Shown piece after piece: positions 54,231 through 64,000 of a DNA stretch of 64,000 nt (positions are counted from its first letter, which is position 1; each line of letters begins with the position of its first letter). The stretch lies in assembly GCA_951406725.2 (NCBI GenBank), contig OX597836.1, positions 3,410,001-3,474,000 on the forward strand, written 5' to 3'. The stretch is from Octopus vulgaris (lineage: Eukaryota). The notes below the pieces were generated by a model. The model was not told the DNA's origin. It saw only the letters and a list, made by a program, of their open reading frames with translations, and ran no database searches. The position numbers and the translations under genes are program-made.

Positions 54231-54284
<54 letters not shown>

Positions 54285-54379
54285 GTTACCCAGAACATAC
54301 CTGTTAACCTTGAACACTTTTGTGTATATTTTCCAAGATATGACTGATTCTGTTTTCATCAAAGGATGTTCTTTTATTT

Positions 54380-54423
<44 letters not shown>

Positions 54424-54450
54424 TAATAATAATGATAATAATGATAAATA
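53019..54450. repeat. Cluster of compound trinucleotide tracts (CAT, ATT, GTT, AAT, GAG)
   Basis: Directly visible. Confidence 0.93.
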
Positions 54451-54592
54451 GCGTCTGGTCGCATCATTTTCAGTAACATCTTTAGCTCACACTAGACTGA
54501 AAACGGATGTCATCAGGAGATAATCGCCCATTAATACAAACATGCAGACAGACACACAGATTCAAACACAACTATAACTCCGAGTTATATAC

Positions 54593-54623
<31 letters not shown>

Positions 54624-54685
54624 TGTATGTATGTATGTATGTATGTATGTATGTATGTATGTATAGACTGATAGATAGATAGACT

Positions 54686-54749
<64 letters not shown>

Positions 54750-54871
54750 TGCATATATATATGTTGTGAGTTCGCATGGCTTAATGGCTAGGGTGTTGCG
54801 CTCACGATCTACGACCGTGATTTCAATTCCTAGAAGGTGGAGGTGCTGGTGTTAATGGTGATGATAGTGTT

Positions 54872-55100
54872 ACTCATTATAGTAAGTGAATGTAGTATGC
54901 TGACACAGAAAGGATATACAAGGCATGACAACCTAGAGAGAGTAATCCACTGGGAGCTTTATAGAATGGCAGGATTTGAACATACCGATAAATGGTAAGA
55001 ACAGGAGCCCAGTAAAGGACTAGAAAGAAATACGAGATGTTGTGGGATGTTAATATTCAGACTGACAGGGTAACAGAAGCTAGAAGGACATTAGTGATGA

Positions 55101-55134
<34 letters not shown>

Positions 55135-55700
55135 GGTGGTGGTGGTGGTGGTGGTGGTGGTGGTAGTAGTGGTGGTGGTGGTGGTGGTGGTGGTGGTAAT
55201 GATGATGACGACGACGATGCTGATGACGATGATGATGATAACGAAGACGTTGGTGGTGGTGATGATGATCATGATGATCATGATGACGACGACGTGGAAA
55301 AGAAAGGAAGAGTTCTGAAAAACGATCCATTGATTCTCTTGATGGAATTTCCTACATAAGCCGAAAGAAAAACCAGACTTTAACAAACCGGAAATCGTAG
55401 TCGTTGATAAGAAGAATTCTTCACTTGGAATGAATCAATGGAGCATCGTCATTTGGTTCTGGAATCAAAGAAAAAATGGAAAGAGACTCAAAATACGTAA
55501 TTATCATAAAAATTCTCGATTGTTGGAAGAAAGAAATAAAGAAGATCATGATACAACCAATTCTGATGGTGGCAGACTTGGGAATTGTGACGAAGAATTT
55601 CATTGCAAAACCTTGGAAAGCTAAATCTTAATCCGAGAGTGAGTCACGTTGAGATAAACCGTTTTCTTTGGCTCAGCGAGAATTATCTGGAAAATACAAG
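54872..55700 (+). mobile_element. Degraded R4/Dong-like LINE fragments split by a (GAT/GGT)n tract (55095-55292)
   Basis: VSECSMLTQKGY.RHDNLERVIHWEL...MLWDVNIQTDRVTEARR; downstream NKPEIVVVDKK and TVFFGSARII. Confidence 0.75.
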
Positions 55701-55731
55701 GTAAAGAGAGCGACGGCCATGATGGTGATAA

Positions 55732-55806
<75 letters not shown>

Positions 55807-55946
55807 CGACGACGACGTCGACGACGATGGCAATGGCGATGATGGTTGTGGTAATGATGTTGATGATGATGAGGATGATGATGATGGAGATGAAAATGAT
55901 GATGAACCTGATGATGATAGTAGTGATAATGGTGATAATAATGATC

Positions 55947-56110
55947 CTTTGTATTATAGGCACAAGGCCTGAAATTGGGGGGTGGGGGCAGAATAGTCGA
56001 TAACATCGATCCCAGTACTCAACTGGTATTTAATTTACCAATCCCGAAAGGATGAAAGGTAAAGTCGACCTCGGCGCAATTTGAACTCAGAACGTAGCGA
56101 CGGACGAAAT
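55947..56110 (-). mobile_element. SINE family C, 5'-truncated
   Basis: GAAAGGATGAAAGGTAAAGTCGACCTCGGCGCAATTTGAACTCAGAACGTA. Confidence 0.87.
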
Positions 56111-56974
56111 AATGGTGGTAATGATGATGATGATGATGATGATGATGACGTGTTGCTCTCCCTCCTTTCACGGGTGTAAGAGTATGTATGCTTCTGTATA
56201 GGCTTATGTTTGCACACACGCAAACACATACACACATATACACGCTCACATATAGATGGATAGATAGATACATACATACGTATATATTTATATTCATGTG
56301 TGTGGGTGTGCGTGCTCGTATGTATGTAAGTGTGTATTGGTAGTGTTTGATCATATGATTTTGTTTCCCACGTGATAGAAGCACGAGGTATATACGTATT
56401 TTCTTGAAGGTGACTTTTCATCACGTCTTTCTATGCAGTTACCGCGTGGATAGCTTATTTCTATTGCTTTTTCGTTTGAAGTGAAAATGGAACAAAACGA
56501 GGTGAGTGCTCTTTTATTTCTAGGAAAGAGAACTCGAGTACAAACATCAAAAAGAGTTATCTGCAGCTTATGAAGATGGTACCATTGCTGGAAAGAGTGA
56601 AAGGACAGTTCGTAACAAGTTCACTAGGTTTTGGAGTGAACAATTTTTTGGTCGGTCGGAGCTATACTACAAGACACACGCCTAAAGTGTAAGTTTTTGG
56701 AGTGAACAGTTTTTTCTGGAAATCTACGAGGTTCCGACAGGACAAGAGGTATTCATGATGACTTAATCAATACACAAATCATAAGAAAACCAAGTCACAC
56801 GACATGAGACGTGGAAGAGATAACCCATATATAATATATATATGAGAATTTTAAGGCATTTAAAAACTATGATGTTTGGGTGCCTCATAAATTACCTTGA
56901 AAAAATGAAATGGACTGCGATTCTCTACTCAGACGCACGAACAGCGACTAATTTTTGAAAATCAAAAGAAGAAT

Positions 56975-57353
56975 CACAGCGCCACTACACAAGGTGGATT
57001 GACTCGGTGAAAGAGATGAGCCACTGGGAGAGGTTACAAGAACTGAAGGTCTACTCCATGGAGAGAATGCGAGAAAGGTATGCAGAGATATACATATGGA
57101 AAATCCTGGAGGGTCCAGCTCTTAACTTTGGAATGAAAAGCTATACCAACCATCGAACTGAATGGCACTATTAATACTGAATGGCACTATTAATACTGAA
57201 TGGCACTATTAATACTGTCTTCTTCATTTCAGATAAGGATACAGTATTGCAACAGCATGGGTTTCAAGGGATCACAGCAGTTCAACTTCCTGACAAGGAA
57301 CCTAAGAGGTCTGCAAAGTGTAGATATGGAAACGTTCAAAAAGCACCTGGATG
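56975..57353 (+). mobile_element. CR1/L2/Jockey-group LINE ORF2 C-terminal fragment nested in the mariner
   Basis: RHYTRWIDSVKEMSHWERLQELKVYSMERMRERYAEIYIWKILEG...CNSMGFKGSQQFNFL...VDMETFKKHLD. Confidence 0.82.
57157..57217. repeat. Perfect 19-bp tandem repeat, 3.2 copies
   Basis: ACTGAATGGCACTATTAAT at 57157, 57176 and 57195, then ACTG. Confidence 0.97.
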
Positions 57354-58285
57354 TTAGGCCCCATGCTTCCTTGTAGATCTTGCTGTCATTGCTACAGCTT
57401 GGCTGAGATGTCCTACCACCCTCACCGAACTGACTTGACCTTGCACCTTTGAATTAACATTCATCTCGATCCCTACAAAAATCATGGTAACGGGAAGAAA
57501 CCCAATTTTTTGTAAGACTGTAAAAACCACTGAGACCAGTTCGTAACCCAGAAACAGCAAATTTTTCGAGAATTCTTCAAAGATGGAAGAAGTCAGTGGA
57601 ACAAAGCAGGATCTACGTACTTGAATAAAATTATGCACACATATCTAAATATTGTGTTTGAATTTCACTTAAAATTCGGTGCGAACTTTTGTTCCAACAC
57701 AACCTGTGTGTGTGCGTACGTGACATTGTGTGTGTCTGCGTGAGAATGTGGGTGAGTCTGCACGCGCGTGAGTTCATATGTATGTGTGTCTGTGTGAGCG
57801 TGCCTGTGTGTGTGAGTGTTGCGTGTGTGTACATGAAAGTACATATAGTTATGTGAATATAATACTGTAATATGTATAAATACGGATATAATTGGAAATT
57901 CGATGGAATTCTAAAACAAAAAAAAAGATTCTCTGAGAAGAAACTAGAAATCCTATCGCCTAAAATATTGGTTGATTCGTTGCGCTATCTGGAAATAACT
58001 ACGAATCGAGGAATACATCGGCGGGGTCGGGGAGCAGAATTCGAAAATAACCACAACAAAGATAAGAACAGTCATAGCAATAAGAAGAAAGAAAAAAGAA
58101 CGGGAGTTGTTATGATGATGAAATGATAGAAGGTGGAGAGGAAGAAGAAGAAAGGAGGGGCGGAGGATTATGAGAAATCAGTAAACCAGCTGAGCACGGG
58201 AACAACATCTGTTGTGACTTGTAGAAATAAGGAAAAGAAAAACTCAGAGGAGAAACGAGAAACCGCTAGAAATAAATATTAACAA

Positions 58286-58333
58286 TCATTTCTTTATCAT
58301 CATCATCATCAGCAGCAGCATCATCATCATCAT

Positions 58334-58365
<32 letters not shown>

Positions 58366-58476
58366 TCACCACCACCATCATCATCATGATCATCATCATC
58401 ATCATCATCCTCTTCTTTATCATCATCATCATCATCACTATCACATCACAATCACCAACATCATCATTATCACCAC

Positions 58477-58523
<47 letters not shown>

Positions 58524-58679
58524 ACATCATCATCATCATCATTATTATTATTATTATTATTATCATTATTACTTTCATCATCATCATCATCATCATTATT
58601 ATTATTATTATTATTATCATCATCATCATCATCATCATTCTTCTTATTATTATTATTATCATCATCATCATCATCATCA

Positions 58680-58717
<38 letters not shown>

Positions 58718-58744
58718 TTTATCATCACCACCATCATCATTCTT

Positions 58745-58776
<32 letters not shown>

Positions 58777-58820
58777 TATTATTATTATTATGATTATTAT
58801 TATTATTATTATCATCATTA
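58286..58820. repeat. Compound (CAT/ATT/CAC)n tract
   Basis: Directly visible. Confidence 0.95.
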
Positions 58821-59255
58821 TTGAGTGAGAGAGCAGCGCATGCCATCAAAGTGACACTGGGGTGTAATATACGAAGCTCAGTATACCCGTCATGACTACC
58901 CGTCTGGTAAGGGTACACTAGGCATATGCATCACAACCATATGTGCGCGACATTGTGATCTCATATCAAGATAAACAGCACATGACCTTGTAAGTGGGAC
59001 CCAGTTAGAATTTTCTCCAGGTCGAGCAGCCCATTGTCCCGCCCAAATGGACCTTGAATAAGGTTGTTTAAGAATGTTGAATGAAGCATCCATGTTTCGA
59101 GTGGTGAATAATCCAAGCCACAAAGAATTCCTTCTCCACTACTTCTGTTCGTGATCAGAGATGCACAATTCGTCAGCAATCAAAGGACATGCTCAACCGG
59201 TTACGGTCAAACAACTGACTAGCAAATCTGTTGTATTGAGCAGAATATTTGTTCC
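58821..59255 (-). mobile_element. Unclassified complex-sequence island, probably a non-autonomous retroposon
   Basis: Sharp boundaries against trinucleotide tracts; minus strand ends CTCTCACTCAATAAT into (AAT/GAT)n. No second copy in the window. Confidence 0.35.
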
Positions 59256-59377
59256 AATTGGTTATTATTATTATCATTATTGTTGTTGTTGCTGCTGTAG
59301 TTGTTGTTGTTGTTGTTAAGCATCAAGACGGGTAAGGGTGATTAGGTGATGGTCTAAGGCTTATATATGTATGCGAA

Positions 59378-59525
59378 CGACTACTTTCAGTCTTCTACCA
59401 AATCCACTCACAAGGCTTTGGTCGGTCGGAGCTATATTAGAAGACACACGCCTAAGGTGCCCTGCAGTGGGACTGTACTCTGAACCATGTGGTTGGGAAC
59501 GAAATTTCTTACCATACAGAAACGC
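59378..59525 (-). mobile_element. SINE family A 5' half
   Basis: CTACCAAATCCACTCACAAGGCTTTGGTCGG...GCAGTGGGACTG...AACCATGTGGTTGGGAA. Confidence 0.87.
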
Positions 59526-60639
59526 TGTTATACGGTAAATTCTATTGAACGCATGACCATCTTCACTACATCTTTGAAACTCTCCTACCAGCGAAGTTAG
59601 TAAAATACATTTTATATTCGGAAATATCGCCATTTTGTTTTCCTGCGGTCGTATGTATATTAGCATATGTTTTAGGTGTGTGTGTGTGTGTATGTGCGCA
59701 TGTTTTTATATGTAGGCAATTGTGTGTGTTTTTGCCAGTAAATGTGTTATCTGTGTTTTAGGTACACCTCTGTATATGTATATGTTTGTGTGCAATGTGT
59801 TTACCCATGTTTATGTAATTATTTCTGTGCGTATCAGCTTCCGTCTCAGTGTACATGTGTGTGTATGTGTGCGTGTGTGTGTGTGTGTTTGTGTGTGCGT
59901 GTCAGTTTGCGTGTGTGGGGTGTTGCTGTGTGCATATGCACGTAAGTGTTTCTCTATATCTACACAAGTTTATGTATATGCATGTGTACGAGTGTGTGTG
60001 TTTGTTTAATGCTGTACGATTCTATACAAATGAGTGCTCATACATACGTACATGTATGTATACATATTTAAGTGATTCGAGCGTATATTTCTAATGTCTT
60101 TCCGAATATGCCTATACGTTCACATATATTTTTCTGTGTGTATTTGCATACACTTCTGCATATCCCTTCGTGTGTACGAACACGTGTGAATGCCTGCATG
60201 TACATACGTCATTGTACGAGTGTGTATCCTTTATATATTTCTGTATATATCGTATGGCTAATGAACATGTTTCATTCCATCAGTGTATAAACATTACTTT
60301 GTGTGTTAGCATACGTAGGTATGTCTAAGTATACATACACATGCATATATAATACATATACATACGAAGCGCGTGTGTCCGTAATTAAGTATGCGTGTGT
60401 ATGTACGCATATGTGGGTGTTTGTATGCACATGTACATGTGTGCTTGAGCTCGTTATCGTGTGTATACATCAGAATATCTATCAGATTTCGAGTATTACA
60501 ATAAATTACTTAAAAACAAAATGGTGGCCATTAACATAGAAACAAACGGTTGAGGTGGAAAGGGCGACAAAGCAGAAAACGAAAAGGAATAAGAAAGAAA
60601 ATAAAACGAAAAATAAAGGAAAATTGTTAAAGAGAATAA

Positions 60640-60685
<46 letters not shown>

Positions 60686-60702
60686 GTGTGTGTTTGTGTA
60701 TG

Positions 60703-60751
<49 letters not shown>

Positions 60752-61078
60752 ATCCATATATATAATATCATAACAGCATGGATATATGTATTTAACGAAG
60801 CAAAGTAGGATATTGACTGAGATGTGATGAATTCGTTGTCTTTGTAAGATTGACACAAAATGTATTTGCTACATATTGATGAGGAAATCGAGGATATTGT
60901 TGCGGCTACGAAGATTATAGACTCTATGTGTTGCATGTAGGAGTGTGGCTTTCTGTTGGTGGATCTCTATGTGTCTATCTATATGTATCTGTATGCGTCA
61001 TCTATATGGAGGCATATGTTATAATGCTATATTGCTTCTACCAGATTCATATTTATATACATATATATATATATATAT

Positions 61079-61128
<50 letters not shown>

Positions 61129-61157
61129 TATAAAGATAGATAATATATACAAAATAA

Positions 61158-61218
<61 letters not shown>

Positions 61219-61261
61219 TATATGCATTTGTATATATTTATATATATATATATATACATAT

Positions 61262-61365
<104 letters not shown>

Positions 61366-61827
61366 TTATATAACCATGCATATTCGTGCATATTTCATAT
61401 GATTTATGTGTGTACATGTTCAATGGCATAGAAATTCCAGGTAAAGGAAATATTTTGCAATATGGTAATTACACATGCACATAGGTGTATGCATTTCTCT
61501 GCGAGAGTGTGTGCGCGCTCGCGTATGTACGTCAGTATACGTCAGTATACGTCAGTGTCCGTCTGTGTACGTTCGCGCGTGCATGATGTCGGTAGTGCGT
61601 ATGAACTGATGTATAACTGCATGAAAAGGAACAAAATGGGTATTGAGAGCATTCATTGACATGTATGCACATACAGTGACATATACATGAACATAGATAG
61701 ATAGATAGATAGATATTTATGTGTGTATATGTATATACATATATGCATATAACTACATATATATATACATATATATACAAACATAAACGTATACATATAC
61801 ACATATGAATGCAAATGTATGTGTATG

Positions 61828-61859
<32 letters not shown>

Positions 61860-61906
61860 TAAATATATATGTATGTATATCACTGTATGTATACATGCTC
61901 ACATGC

Positions 61907-61952
<46 letters not shown>

Positions 61953-62416
61953 GTGTGCAAATATCCACATATGCTTATATGCACAAATATTACATAATAC
62001 GTATGGAATATATGTATTACGTATATGTATATATATGAATATATATCAAATATATATATATATAAAGATAGATAGATGGGTGTGTGTGATTTATGTAATA
62101 TGTACATGAAGTATTATATATCTATATATTGCGTGTTTATATATAATATGTAACATATGCAATATGTATATATATGATCATTGTGTGTGTAGACAGACAA
62201 GAACACAAATACCCATATATATATATTTATGCGTAGATGTGTGTGTATTTCTCTCTACACACTGGAAATATAGAAATATATTAATCACTTTTATGTTTTT
62301 GTATGGTAAAACAAACGTAGGAATATTCTCGTCACTCTCCCACCTCACCGCCTCCACAGCCTTTACACGCAAACATCATCATCATCATCAGCAGCAGCAG
62401 CAGCAGCATCATCATC

Positions 62417-62448
<32 letters not shown>

Positions 62449-62579
62449 AATGCGCCATGTTTCTGACAGGGATCATAAAATATAACGCACATTGCGAGTT
62501 CATATTTTATCGTTTATGAGACAAGTGTGTATTTCTTTGAATGTATATCTTTTTATATATATATATGTGCTGTGTGTGT

Positions 62580-62627
<48 letters not shown>

Positions 62628-62734
62628 GTGCCTGTGTATGTGTACGCATATACATATATTTATATATGTGCATGTGTGTGTGCACATATACATATATATA
62701 TGTATACATATTTACATATACATAATATATATGT

Positions 62735-62797
<63 letters not shown>

Positions 62798-62912
62798 TAC
62801 GTACATATATATTTACGTATGCAAATTTACATATATGCATTATGTGTGTTTCTGCACATATGTATTTAGAAATGTATGTTTTTATATTTGTATATACGTA
62901 TCTGTACATATG

Positions 62913-63006
<94 letters not shown>

Positions 63007-63067
63007 TTTGTAAGTACATACGTACGTATGTAATATTTGTGCAAACATTAATATTAATATCTCTCCC

Positions 63068-63127
<60 letters not shown>

Positions 63128-63432
63128 CATATAAATATATAAATATATATGCATTCAAATATATTCCTATATGTATTTTTATATGTGTATATATAAATGT
63201 ATATATATATATTTGGATGTATGTATTTGTATATATATGTAAAAATATGTACATATAAATGTATATATGCATATAAATATATATATACATAAATATTTAT
63301 ATATATATTTATATATACATATTCATTTGTAATTACGTACGTATGTATGTAATATATGTGCACACATCAATATATATATATATGCGTTCATATGTATGCC
63401 TATGTGTATACATGAAGTATATCTGTGTGTAA

Positions 63433-63483
<51 letters not shown>

Positions 63484-63518
63484 TATAAATATATATTTGC
63501 ATGTATGCATGTGTATAT

Positions 63519-63570
<52 letters not shown>

Positions 63571-63729
63571 GTATATATATATACATATATATATATATAC
63601 ATATTTAAGCTTGCCAGCTGGAAGCTATACATTCTGTCCTGATGTTGATATATTGCACTGGTCGCTGACACAGAAATACATTACCAAACAAAACAATGAT
63701 GTACACGTCCAAAAAAAAATCACTCTCTG

Positions 63730-63978
<249 letters not shown>

Positions 63979-64000
63979 AAACTATAATCATAATCGTTTC

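Larger units (their letters stand above)
56420..57702 (+). mobile_element. mariner relic interrupted by a LINE fragment and a short insertion
   Basis: MEQNEV..., ERTVRNKFTRF (HTH), DVWVPHKL (WVPHEL motif), decayed SPDLAP region near 57420-57450, 3' TIR-like GAACTTTTGTTCCAACACAA. Confidence 0.78.

Noticed and set aside
57157-57217. 19-bp repeats as a CRISPR-like array
   Set aside because: Head-to-tail with no spacers, inside a LINE relic, in eukaryotic DNA with no cas genes.
58286-58918. 210-aa Asp/Asn-rich ORF resembling an acidic biomineralisation protein (similar ORFs at 53000-53491 and 4740-5348)
   Set aside because: Compound (GAT/AAT)n microsatellite open in several frames on both strands, with an N-terminus borrowed from an adjacent repeat island.

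Overview
AT-rich, microsatellite-saturated eukaryotic DNA, intronic or intergenic. The repeat content suggests a coleoid cephalopod, most likely Octopus (inference from recognised SINE sequences and repeat density, not a database result). Almost every ORF in the supplied track is a translation of simple repeats. What the sequence supports is a transposable-element landscape: three tRNA-headed SINE families (here A, B, C, about 30 copies or fragments); about eight RLE-endonuclease (R4/Dong-like) LINE relics, most abutting microsatellites; two Tx1/L1-like 3' ends; RTE and CR1/L2-like fragments; mariner and maT relics; a hAT MITE; a non-autonomous Helitron; and several inverted-repeat insertions. 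No intact protein-coding gene, RNA gene or CRISPR array is supported, and I found no convincing new multi-gene system. The best leads are a SINE tail matching a Tx1-like LINE 3' end, a minimal hammerhead-ribozyme motif, a locally templated 43-bp insertion, a near-perfect 215-bp inverted-repeat element, and three phase-compatible candidate minus-strand exons. Most element boundaries were read by eye and are approximate.
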